Made by a program: the position numbers and the translations under genes. A stretch of 45,805 bases of DNA from a virus. The notes below the pieces were generated by a model, which saw only the letters and a list, made by a program, of their open reading frames with translations, searched no databases and was not told the origin of the DNA. The first letter of the stretch is position 1. The number at the start of each line of letters is the position of its first letter. The stretch is taken from positions 1-45,805 of the IMG/VR virus record IMGVR_UViG_3300039454_000299. The stretch is one strand, 5' to 3'. Of this stretch, positions 34,071 to 41,975 are shown piece by piece.

Positions 34071-34200
34071 CCCTTCCTCCCCATTTGAATTGGGGGCAAA
34101 ATTCAGAAGTAATCCAAAGGAACAAATCCGAGGTTACACCCGTCCCGCGCCCGCCGGAAGGTTCAATCGGATCTAGCCTAACCTTCGCTTAGTATTCGCC

Positions 34201-34650
34201 TTAGGCCGATTGCGGAATCATTTTGATCATCGCCTGCGGCTCCTGGCGGGCGCCGCGCAGTGCGTCGAGATCGGCGCGGTGGACGCGCCACGGGTCCCGC
34301 CGGCACGCAAACTTGCGCGCGGGTAAGTCGCCGGCGCGGATCAATGCCAGCACCGCGCCCTCGCTGACGTCCCACAGCAATGCCACCTCCGAGAGGCGCA
34401 GCCAGGCGCGGCCGCTATCCGAGGTCGGCACTGTGGGTAACTGCGTAGCCTTGGGACGCGGCCGCCGCTCCATAGCCAGGCGCTTTACGTCACGAGTCAG
34501 GAGGACGGTCTGGCGCCGCCTGGTTTCGGGGTTGTAGCTTTCGAGTTTTCGAATCTTGCCCTCGTCGGCGAGTTCGAGCGCGCGCCGCGGCATGACGCCA
34601 AGAAGTTTCGCGGCGATGTCTTTGGTGATGTATTCTGGCTGTGTATCCAA
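34201..34650 (-). CDS. DNA-binding protein (149 aa) with two excisionase/MerR-type HTH domains.
   Basis: Start reassigned to TTG 34650 (GGAGA 7 nt upstream). The 5' part of track ORF 34201..34728 covers a TATAAT box and a perfect inverted repeat. The HTH motifs are YITKDIAAKLLGVMPRRALELADEGKI and LRLSEVALLWDVSEGAVLALIRAGDLPA. Confidence 0.65.
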   Translation of the reverse strand: MDTQPEYITKDIAAKLLGVMPRRALELADEGKIRKLESYNPETRRRQTVLLTRDVKRLAMERRPRPKATQLPTVPTSDSGRAWLRLSEVALLWDVSEGAVLALIRAGDLPARKFACRRDPWRVHRADLDALRGARQEPQAMIKMIPQSA

Positions 34651-34671
34651 TCTGTACTCTCCTTGATTCAC

Positions 34672-34702
34672 GAGTACGTGCAGGCCCAAAAGGCACGTAC
34701 TC
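34672..34702. promoter_or_regulatory. Perfect 10-bp inverted repeat GAGTACGTGC-N11-GCACGTACTC, between the - strand TATAAT (34719..34714) and the Xis-like start.
   Basis: Arms at 34672..34681 and 34693..34702. Either an operator or a 5'-UTR hairpin. Confidence 0.6.
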
Positions 34703-34784
34703 GCTTCAAGGGGATTATAGAGGCCCATCCTTGCGCCACGCTATTTAAATCACTCGCGAGCGGTCCCAGAGGTACCGTGTCGTT

Positions 34785-34937
34785 ATGGAAGCAACAGTCC
34801 CCGAGGGCGAGCGCTCCGAGCGTATCCGGCGCATGATCGACTCGCTTCTCGAGCATCAGCAGGTGCTCGATGAGGCCATCCTGCTGCTCGAAGAGATCGC
34901 GGCGGAACGGCAGGAGCAAGCGCGCGGAATGCCATAA
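34785..34937 (+). CDS. Possible 50-aa acidic coiled-coil ORF, divergent from the Xis-like gene.
   Basis: Hand translation: MEATVPEGERSERIRRMIDSLLEHQQVLDEAILLLEEIAAERQEQARGMP. Third-position GC is high. A TTAAAT -10-like box lies at 34745..34750. Absent from the track (under 60 aa). Confidence 0.4.
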   Translation: MEATVPEGERSERIRRMIDSLLEHQQVLDEAILLLEEIAAERQEQARGMP

Positions 34938-34946
34938 GCCATCCGC

Positions 34947-35115
34947 CGGTGGTGGTATGTGTGGAGCGTGTCGCACTAATCACGCTCACCGCAATCCTGC
35001 GCGGCGGCGGTAGTGGTATGTGCGGAACTCGCCGCACGTATCACGCCCGTGGGCTAGGCGGCGCCGATACGAGTGGGCGGTAGTGGTATGTGCGGAGCGT
35101 GTCGCACTAATCACG
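34947..35115 (+). repeat. Three 38-nt stem-loop repeats (R1 34947..34984, R2 35008..35045, R3 35078..35115).
   Basis: R1 vs R3 is 36/38 identical and R2 vs R3 is 32/38. The conserved flanks are CGGT(A/G)GTGGTATGTG and ATCACG. The stems tolerate G.U pairs only on the + strand. Confidence 0.85.
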
Positions 35116-35135
35116 TCTCAGACGTAGATCTCTCG

Positions 35136-35426
35136 TTAGGCGGCGGGTGCCCTCAGTTCCCGCCACACCCACCATAGAGCCAGTTGCACGCGGTTCTCAA
35201 GGCCGACCTTGAACAGCGAATGCTTGATGTGAAGTTTGACCGTGCCCGGGCTGATCCGGAGCGCCGCGGCGATCTCTTTGTTGGCTAATCCTTGCGCGAC
35301 CAGGCGCGCGACTTCGAGTTCGCGCGCGGTGAGGCGCACTCCGGGGCTGAAGTCGAGGGAGCCCGGCCAGGCCGGGCGCTTGCCGGTCTGGGGCTCTAAA
35401 CTCTGACCGCAACGCGCGCAGGTCAC
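35136..35426 (-). CDS. LuxR/GerE-type HTH regulator (97 aa).
   Basis: LTARELEVARLVAQGLANKEIAAALRISPGTVKLHIKHSLFKVGLENRVQLALW. GTG 35426 overlaps TGA 35425..35423 of the upstream gene (GTGA). Confidence 0.75.
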   Translation of the reverse strand: MTCARCGQSLEPQTGKRPAWPGSLDFSPGVRLTARELEVARLVAQGLANKEIAAALRISPGTVKLHIKHSLFKVGLENRVQLALWWVWRELRAPAA

Positions 35427-35608
35427 TGGAGCTGGGTGGCGTGGTTCGACGGATCCTCCCGGTGGCTCCAGAGCGCCAGTTCGACCCGATTTCGGCACTC
35501 GAGAATGCGCAAAAGCCCGCTCACGTAATTGCTTACGGTGCTCTCCGAGAGGCCGAGCTCCCATGCAATCTCTTTGTTCAACTTCCCTATGGCCAACAGC
35601 CGCAACAC
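35423..35608 (-). CDS. LuxR/GerE-type HTH protein (61 aa from the first canonical start). The domain homology continues upstream of that start.
   Basis: VLRLLAIGKLNKEIAWELGLSESTVSNYVSGLLRILECRNRVELALW. In-frame VTRRQSQ, the usual first helix, precedes GTG 35608. There is no ATG, GTG or TTG back to the stop. Confidence 0.5.
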   Translation of the reverse strand: MLRLLAIGKLNKEIAWELGLSESTVSNYVSGLLRILECRNRVELALWSHREDPSNHATQLQ

Positions 35609-35748
35609 TTGGGATTGCCGCCTGGTAACCCGGCGGCAAGCCGTATAAGCAGATTTGATAATTGCACCGCCGGAATCGATCGCGCCTATAGAGGTAGTGG
35701 GAAATTACGTATGTTTTTATACCTCCGGGTCCGAAATACTGGTCGTAG

Positions 35749-36159
35749 ATGCCCGCCTCCCCCAAAGCCCAGGGTCTCGAAACGACGATTGACCGCTACG
35801 GCGAGCTGGACACGCAGATCCAGCAGTTCGCGCCGGTAGTAGCGGAGCACAAAAGACTCAAGAAAGAGATCGAGAGCTGGTACGAGTCGCTTCCGGCCGG
35901 CCAGCCGCAGCTCGCCAAAGGCGCGCGGTACACGATCCAGCTGGGCGCGCGCGAGAACGAGCGCACCGTGGTTCATCCGGGAAAGGCGTTTGCCGCGCTG
36001 AAGAAGGCCGTGGGCTCGCTCGACGCCGCGGTGGCGCTGGTGACCATTCCGTTCGGCGCGGCCATCGACAAGTTCATTCCCAAGTCGCTACACCCGAGCT
36101 TCGTGGTTGAGGAGCGCACGGGATCGCGGACGTTCAAGTGCGTCCGCAACGATGTTTAG
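35749..36159 (+). CDS. Hypothetical early protein (136 aa).
   Basis: First gene of the rightward operon. GTCCGAAATACTGG upstream resembles the box upstream of the recombinase gene. Confidence 0.6.
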   Translation: MPASPKAQGLETTIDRYGELDTQIQQFAPVVAEHKRLKKEIESWYESLPAGQPQLAKGARYTIQLGARENERTVVHPGKAFAALKKAVGSLDAAVALVTIPFGAAIDKFIPKSLHPSFVVEERTGSRTFKCVRNDV

Positions 36160-36352
36160 CTTCCATCGCGACACCCTGGCCGAGATCGATTTCGCGGGCC
36201 AGGTGGAGGACGCGATTCCGCATCTGCGCCGCTGGCGCAGGTCGGAATACTACACAGACGACTATCCGGTTTTTTTGAAACGAAACTATGCCGACGCGGT
36301 GATCCGCGCGGCCGCGGAAAAACTTGATGCCGAAAGGAACCAAGGCCAGTAA
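36152..36352 (+). CDS. Hypothetical protein (66 aa).
   Basis: ATG 36152 overlaps the end of the upstream gene by 8 nt. Confidence 0.5.
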   Translation: MFSFHRDTLAEIDFAGQVEDAIPHLRRWRRSEYYTDDYPVFLKRNYADAVIRAAAEKLDAERNQGQ

Positions 36353-36752
36353 AGAGGCCAAGCGCCGGGTGGTGGCGCGGGGCGTAATCGCGGGCCAGAC
36401 GCCGAAGCAGATCGCGGCCGAGGCGCAGGCTTCGGTGCGTCATGTGGAGCGCCTGGTGAGCGAGCCCGAAACGCAGCTCATCATCGCGGACATGATGCGC
36501 CCGCACCGCAGAACGCTCGAGGCGCTAACGGTCAAAGCTCTCGATGCGGTCGACCGCGCGCTCGATGCCCAGCGCGATGACGGCAATGCCAATCACGAGA
36601 TCCAACTGCGCGCGGTGGGGCGGCTGAAGACGATGCTCGAGCTCGCGCAGGGACGCAAAGAGGTCGAGGCGCAGGAGCCGGGACTGGTGACGTGGGAACA
36701 GTTCGTGATGCTCTATGCCAAGCGCGCGGAGGTGGTCCATGCCGGTCATTAG
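36324..36752 (+). CDS. HTH protein (142 aa); possible small terminase subunit or regulator.
   Basis: N-terminal IAGQTPKQIAAEAQASVRHVERLV is an HTH, followed by a helical region. It lies upstream of terL but is separated from it by the sigma gene. Confidence 0.5.
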   Translation: MMPKGTKASKEAKRRVVARGVIAGQTPKQIAAEAQASVRHVERLVSEPETQLIIADMMRPHRRTLEALTVKALDAVDRALDAQRDDGNANHEIQLRAVGRLKTMLELAQGRKEVEAQEPGLVTWEQFVMLYAKRAEVVHAGH

Positions 36753-37365
36753 ACTGACGCAGCGGCAGTGGGACCGCTACCACCGGGGATTGGCGGGCGC
36801 GGTGGCGCAGCGCCTGGCCAAGCGGCGCGAAGCGCTGATCCTCGAGCACCTGCCCATGGCCGAGCGCCTGGCGCGGCATCTGGCGCACAAGTTCGCCAGT
36901 CACCTCGATATCCGCGATTTGGTGCAGGAGGGGCGCGTGGGGCTGATTCAGGCGGCCGACCGCTACCGATCCGAAGACGGAGCCTTTCCGCGGTTTGCCT
37001 ATCTGCGCGTGCGCGGCGCCATCATCGACGCGAATAAACGGCGCGCCTATAAAGAAGAGCAGCACGCATCGCTTGAAGCCATCGAAGAGCGCTTGGGCTA
37101 TCTGCCGGCGAAGCTGCATACCGATCCCGGCCCGCAGCCGGATGAGATCGCAGCCGACGCGGAGCGCATGCGCCGTCTCGAGCAAGCCATGAGCTGCCTG
37201 ACGAGCGAGGAGCGCGCGGTGTTTCGGCGGGCGGTGGCGGGCGAAAGGCCGGCCGCGATTGCGGCCTCTTATGGGCGCGCCTCCAACTGGGCGCGGGTGC
37301 GGCTCTATAGCGCGCGCGAAAAGATGGCGGCCGAGCTCGCTTTATCCCCCGCGGAGGCGGCGTAA
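36739..37365 (+). CDS. Sigma-70-family RNA polymerase sigma factor (208 aa).
   Basis: Region 2 is DLVQEGRVGLIQAADRYRSEDGAFPRFAYLRVRGAIID. Region 4 is LTSEERAVFRRAVAGERPAAIAASYGRASNWARVRLYSAREKM. GGAGGTGG precedes ATG 36739. Confidence 0.85.
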   Translation: MPVIRLTQRQWDRYHRGLAGAVAQRLAKRREALILEHLPMAERLARHLAHKFASHLDIRDLVQEGRVGLIQAADRYRSEDGAFPRFAYLRVRGAIIDANKRRAYKEEQHASLEAIEERLGYLPAKLHTDPGPQPDEIAADAERMRRLEQAMSCLTSEERAVFRRAVAGERPAAIAASYGRASNWARVRLYSAREKMAAELALSPAEAA

Positions 37366-37373
37366 CAGGTTTT

Positions 37374-37526
37374 ATGGACGAAATCGTATCCCGTGTATAT
37401 CAGCCGGCGGCCGACCAGTGCTGCCAGGCCTGCGTGTTCGGCTCGGGCGATCATGCCGAGTTCTGCACCGCGCTCGAGCAATATTGGATGAAGCTCGTGC
37501 GCCGGTTCTACTCCGAGAGCGACTAA
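37374..37526 (+). CDS. Possible 50-aa Cys/His-rich ORF immediately after the sigma gene.
   Basis: Hand translation: MDEIVSRVYQPAADQCCQACVFGSGDHAEFCTALEQYWMKLVRRFYSESD. Absent from the track (under 60 aa). Confidence 0.4.
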   Translation: MDEIVSRVYQPAADQCCQACVFGSGDHAEFCTALEQYWMKLVRRFYSESD

Positions 37527-37623
37527 GCTGAAGCCGGAGGAGATCTTCCGCGGGTTCCAGGACCATGCGGTCTTTGCCCGCGAGTCGCTGACCGTCGAGA
37601 CCGAGGCACGCGAGCTGATCCCG

Positions 37624-39264
37624 ATGAACTACGCCGATCCGGCGGATCCGGCGTACTCGCCCGGCCAGGTGCGCCTGGAAGAGGCGATCCAGAAACAGCG
37701 CAAGCTGGGCAAGCCCGCGCGCATCGTGTATCTCAAATCGCGCCGCATCCGGGCCACGACCGGCACCGCCGCGCGCTTCTTCCACGACACCGCCTTTCAG
37801 GCGGGCGTACACACCGTGGTGCTCGCGCACGACGAGACTTCGGTGAACAACATCTTCAGCATCTACGAGCGGTTCCACAAACGCTATGAGCCGTTCGGCA
37901 AAGTTATCAAGCTGCCGCCGGCGCGGCTGCTGAGCGACCGCATCTACTACGAGTACGCGGGCGATCCGGAGTCGAGCTTCATCCAGATCCATACCGCGGG
38001 CAGCGCCAATTTCGGGCGCAGCTTCCGCATCACCAACGCTCACTTCTCGGAGTTTCCCTACTACCCCAATCCCGCCTCTACGCTCGCCGCGGTGATGTCC
38101 GCGGTGCCCAAGACACCGGACACCACAGCCATCATCGAAGGCACCGCCAAGACCATCGGAGACTACTTCCATAAGCTGTGGCAGCAGGCCATGGATCCGG
38201 CATCGGCGAGCGAATGGCTGGGCCTGTTCCTCGGCTGGTGGGAGCATCCGGGGAACCGCATGCGGCTTGAGATCTCGGCCGACCGGTTCCAGGGCATGCT
38301 CACGAAGGAAGAGTGGGAGCTAAAGCAACGCTTTAACTTATCGCTCGAGCAGTTGTACTGGCGGCGCTGGACCATAGCCAACGATTTCGCGGGCGATCTG
38401 GCGCGCTTCAAGCGCGAGCATCCGGCGGCTCCGGAGGAGGCCTTCACCGCCAACTCGCGCAACCGGTTCTCGATTCCGCATATCGCGCGCATGCCGATCC
38501 AGCGCGAAGCCATCGTGGGCGAGCTGCAGATCGAGCAGGTGGGCATTGAAGAGCGGCCGGTGTTTCTGCCGGGGGAGCACGGAGCGCTGCGCATCTACCG
38601 CATGCCCGAGCGGGGACGCTACTATGCGGCGGGGGCCGATCCTTCGGGCGGGGCGGACGCGAGCGGAGGCGAGGGCGAGCCCGATCCCGATTGGGCGGTG
38701 TGCCATATCTTCGACCGCGATACGGGGGAGCAGTGCGCGGTGCTGCGGGCGCGCATGATGCCGGGGGAGTTCGGGCGCTATGTCTACCGGCTGCTGCGGT
38801 TCTATCACAACGCGCAGGTCTGTCTCGAGCGTACCGGCGCGGGCATCGGCTCGCTCGAGGCGCTGCTCAATCTGAACTATCCGCCGGCGCTGATCTACCA
38901 TCGTCCCGTCCAGCCGGATCAGGATCCGGCAGTGCGCTCCGACAAGATCGGCTGGAATACGGATCCGGTATCGCGCGAGCAGGCTTTGTCGCTGCTCGAC
39001 GAGGCCATACGGCAGTCCGCCATCTTCGTGCATGACCCGATCACGCAGCAGGAGCTGCTGACGTTCGTGATCACGCCGCGGGGCAAGGCGGAGGCGCAGT
39101 CGGGATGCCATGACGACACCGTGCTCGCGCTCGCGTTCGCGGTGATCGTGATGAGCCGCATGCCGAAGCCGCGATTGCCGGAGGCGCGGCCGGCGCCCAA
39201 GATCACGCATTACGGCCGCCCCGGTGTCGAAACAGAGGACAGAGGCAGGAGGTTGATCCGTTGA
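37624..39264 (+). CDS. terL: Terminase large subunit.
   Basis: 546 aa. Has a Walker-B-like VVLAHDE, a nuclease half with YAAGADPSGG and a C-terminal GCHDDTVLALAFAV motif. The portal gene follows downstream. Confidence 0.9.
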   Translation: MNYADPADPAYSPGQVRLEEAIQKQRKLGKPARIVYLKSRRIRATTGTAARFFHDTAFQAGVHTVVLAHDETSVNNIFSIYERFHKRYEPFGKVIKLPPARLLSDRIYYEYAGDPESSFIQIHTAGSANFGRSFRITNAHFSEFPYYPNPASTLAAVMSAVPKTPDTTAIIEGTAKTIGDYFHKLWQQAMDPASASEWLGLFLGWWEHPGNRMRLEISADRFQGMLTKEEWELKQRFNLSLEQLYWRRWTIANDFAGDLARFKREHPAAPEEAFTANSRNRFSIPHIARMPIQREAIVGELQIEQVGIEERPVFLPGEHGALRIYRMPERGRYYAAGADPSGGADASGGEGEPDPDWAVCHIFDRDTGEQCAVLRARMMPGEFGRYVYRLLRFYHNAQVCLERTGAGIGSLEALLNLNYPPALIYHRPVQPDQDPAVRSDKIGWNTDPVSREQALSLLDEAIRQSAIFVHDPITQQELLTFVITPRGKAEAQSGCHDDTVLALAFAVIVMSRMPKPRLPEARPAPKITHYGRPGVETEDRGRRLIR

Positions 39265-39419
39265 CGCATATACGGCCGATACCGGAGTCCGTACCGGAAA
39301 AGCTGCTGGTGGAGCAGTTCGCCTTTCTGGTGCACCACGGCTCCGATTGCGAAGAGGAATGCGCGGAGTGCCGGCGGCTCGGCCGAGTGATGGACATTCT
39401 GCTCGAACGATTCCAATGA
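39261..39419 (+). CDS. Possible 52-aa Cys-motif ORF coupled between the terminase and portal genes.
   Basis: TTG 39261 overlaps the terL TGA (TTGA). AGGAGG lies 9 nt upstream. Its TGA overlaps the portal ATG (ATGA). Sequence: MTHIRPIPESVPEKLLVEQFAFLVHHGSDCEEECAECRRLGRVMDILLERFQ. Confidence 0.45.
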   Translation: MTHIRPIPESVPEKLLVEQFAFLVHHGSDCEEECAECRRLGRVMDILLERFQ

Positions 39420-41575
39420 ACCAGAGCGACTTTCAACTGAAATGGCCCCAGCCGGAGCTGGACCGCATCGGCAACCGCGTGCAGAGCGATTACCGCAACG
39501 CGATTGCCGATCACAACTCGCGCATCAACCGCTGGCGTGAGTATTACCGGCGCTTCCGCGGATCGGTGGATATGCCCGAGATGGGCGAAGAGAACGCCTC
39601 CAATCTGCCGGTGCCGTACTGCCGCTGGAACCTGCTGACCAAGTGGTCGAAGGAGATGGATTCGCTGTTCGGCGACGATGCCGAGATCGTGGCGGTGCCG
39701 GTGGGAGCTTCCGATTTCCGGCGGGACAAGAAGATCTCGAAGTACATGAGCTGGCGCGTGTTCAACTCGATGAAGCTGATCAAGCCCTTCTGCGAGTTCG
39801 TCAACCGCAAGCTGATCTTCGGGCGCAGCGTGGCCGAATCGCGCTGGAGGCGCGACACCTTCACGGTGCGCGATCAGGAAGTGGTGGACTACGAAGGTCC
39901 GGGCTTTGAGCCGCTCTGGCCCGACGATTTCATCGTGCCCGCCGAAGAGGTCCATTCGCTGCACGAGTTCTCCTACTGCATCCGGCGGAGGCGCGTTTCT
40001 CCCGATGAGCTATTGCGGGGCGAAGAGCAGGGCCGCTACCAGAACATCAAGAAGAACTGGAAGCAGATCCTCAATATCGCGCAGCACGGACAGCAGCGCG
40101 ATTTCGAGGGCGAAGACATCAAGCGCGAAAAGGACGAGGCCGAAGGGATCCTCTACCAGCGTCCGCTCAGTTCGGGCGAGTGGGTGATGGTGCTCGAGTG
40201 GTACGGCAAATGGAGGCCGCTCAAGAAGGGCAAGAAAGACGCGGGCGAGTGGGACTTCGATAAGCGCGAGACCTATCAGCGCGAGTTCTGCGTGAAGTTC
40301 CTGTGGGACCTGCGGCTGGTGATCGGGGTGCAGGATCTGGAGGATCTCTATCCGACCAAAAAGAACCGGCGGCCGTTTGTCGAGTCGTCGATGTTCGCGG
40401 ACGGAACCTACTGGTCGCCGGGGCTGATCGAGCTGCTGGTGGATCTCGAGGACGAGCTGCGCGCGAACCACAACCAGGCAACCGAAGCGGGACAGATGGC
40501 GATGAATCCGCCGATCGGCTACCGGCCGGCGAGCGGCATGAATCCGGAGAGCTTCAAGCTCGAGCCCGGCCTGGCGATTCCGCTCGATAATCCGGCGACG
40601 GATATGCGGCAGATCGAGATCCGCGCCGATATGGGTCTCGCGAGTTGGAAAGAGCAGGTGATCCTGGCGTACGGCGAGAGGCTGACCGGGATGAGCGATA
40701 TGCATCTGGGCCGGCAGAGCGACCGGCCCAACGCGCCGCGCACGGGCGTGCAGACGCAGCAGCTGCTCGAAGAGGGCAATGTGCGGATCTCGCTCGACAC
40801 CAAGGTGCTGCGCGAAGACATGAGCGATGTGCTGGCTCACTTCTGGGATCTGGAGTATATGTTCTCGCCCGAGCAGGTGTTCTTCCGGGTGACCGAGGAG
40901 GACGCGGACGGGCTGTTTCCGGTGAACAACGGAGCGTCCATTTTGACGCTCGAGGACCGCGACGGCCGCTACGACTTCAAGCTGCAGTTCGCGAATTCGG
41001 TGTATAGCCGCGAGGCCAAGAAGCAGCAGGCGCTCGCGCGCTATCAGCTCGATCTGCAGAATCCGCTGATCGTGCAGAACCCGCGCGCGCTATGGCAGGT
41101 GACGCGGGAGGCGCACGAGGCGCTGGGCGATCCCAATTTCGAGCAGTTGGTGCCGGAGCCTCCGGCGCCCGACATGCCGGTCGATCCCAAGCTCGAGTGG
41201 CTGAATCTGCTGCATGGCGAAGAGATTCACGTCAATCCGCTGGATAACGATCTGCTGCATTTAACGCGCCACATGAAGGACCTCAAAAGGGCTGAAAGCG
41301 ATCCGAGCGGAGCGACGGCGGATCCGGAAGCGATTCAGAAACTGGTGCTGCATTATCACGATCATATCCTGCAGCTGCAGCAGAAGAAGCTGCAGCAGGC
41401 GGTGGTGGAGCAGGCGGTGCAGGCGGCGGGCCAACTGCTGGGGCAGGGGAAGCCGCTCGCGTTTCCGGGAGGCCTGTTCGGCGGGCAGACGGTGACCCAG
41501 CCGCCGGGCAATCCGCAGGCGGCGGGTCCGTTCCTTTATAGCGGGCACGACGAAGGCCTCCACGGGAACTCCTGA
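39416..41575 (+). CDS. Portal protein (719 aa).
   Basis: Size and position directly after the terminase gene. Start chosen at MNQSDFQLKW. The family was not verified by profile search. Confidence 0.7.
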   Translation: MNQSDFQLKWPQPELDRIGNRVQSDYRNAIADHNSRINRWREYYRRFRGSVDMPEMGEENASNLPVPYCRWNLLTKWSKEMDSLFGDDAEIVAVPVGASDFRRDKKISKYMSWRVFNSMKLIKPFCEFVNRKLIFGRSVAESRWRRDTFTVRDQEVVDYEGPGFEPLWPDDFIVPAEEVHSLHEFSYCIRRRRVSPDELLRGEEQGRYQNIKKNWKQILNIAQHGQQRDFEGEDIKREKDEAEGILYQRPLSSGEWVMVLEWYGKWRPLKKGKKDAGEWDFDKRETYQREFCVKFLWDLRLVIGVQDLEDLYPTKKNRRPFVESSMFADGTYWSPGLIELLVDLEDELRANHNQATEAGQMAMNPPIGYRPASGMNPESFKLEPGLAIPLDNPATDMRQIEIRADMGLASWKEQVILAYGERLTGMSDMHLGRQSDRPNAPRTGVQTQQLLEEGNVRISLDTKVLREDMSDVLAHFWDLEYMFSPEQVFFRVTEEDADGLFPVNNGASILTLEDRDGRYDFKLQFANSVYSREAKKQQALARYQLDLQNPLIVQNPRALWQVTREAHEALGDPNFEQLVPEPPAPDMPVDPKLEWLNLLHGEEIHVNPLDNDLLHLTRHMKDLKRAESDPSGATADPEAIQKLVLHYHDHILQLQQKKLQQAVVEQAVQAAGQLLGQGKPLAFPGGLFGGQTVTQPPGNPQAAGPFLYSGHDEGLHGNS

Positions 41576-41808
41576 TGGACCGGTTCGACGCGCTCGAGCG
41601 CGAGGCCTTCGAGAACATGGTCCGGTCGGGCGCGTTTCAGCTGTTTGGCGAGCGCATCAGAAAAGCGCTGCAGGTGGCGGGCGCGGACTGTGAACGGGCC
41701 GATGACGAATTGAAGCTGCGGCGCGCGCAGGGGCAGGCGGCGGCGCTGCGCATGGTGCTGGCGCTGCCGGAGCAGATTTTGACGGAGATGAAAGGACCGA
41801 AAAAATGA
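41575..41808 (+). CDS. Hypothetical head-module protein (77 aa).
   Basis: The ATG overlaps the portal stop. Helical, charged composition. Confidence 0.55.
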   Translation: MDRFDALEREAFENMVRSGAFQLFGERIRKALQVAGADCERADDELKLRRAQGQAAALRMVLALPEQILTEMKGPKK

Positions 41809-41975
41809 GTAACGACTGGAAAGCGATTCTACAGAACGTGCTGGTGGCGGCGATGAATGCCGGGCTGGCGATCCTGGTGAACAAGTACGGCGGGCCGGCC
41901 GCGGCCGCGGGCACGGTGCTGGCCGGCACGGCCGCGGCGCACGCGATGCGGAGCCCGTACACCAATCAGCATTGA
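41805..41975 (+). CDS. Possible 56-aa hydrophobic/Ala-rich protein.
   Basis: ATGA overlap with the upstream stop. Sequence: MSNDWKAILQNVLVAAMNAGLAILVNKYGGPAAAAGTVLAGTAAAHAMRSPYTNQH. Confidence 0.4.
   Translation: MSNDWKAILQNVLVAAMNAGLAILVNKYGGPAAAAGTVLAGTAAAHAMRSPYTNQH

Noticed and set aside
34150-34195. Possible tRNA T-arm (GGTTCAATCGG).
   Set aside because: No acceptor, D-arm or anticodon-arm pairing could be built around it. It only forms a 6-bp AAGGTT/AACCTT hairpin with a 16-nt loop.
34947-35115. Mini-CRISPR array interpretation of the three 38-nt repeats.
   Set aside because: There are only three copies. The middle copy is the divergent one. The spacers are unequal (23 and 32 nt). 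There are no cas genes and no recognisable leader. I kept the region as a structured-repeat finding instead.
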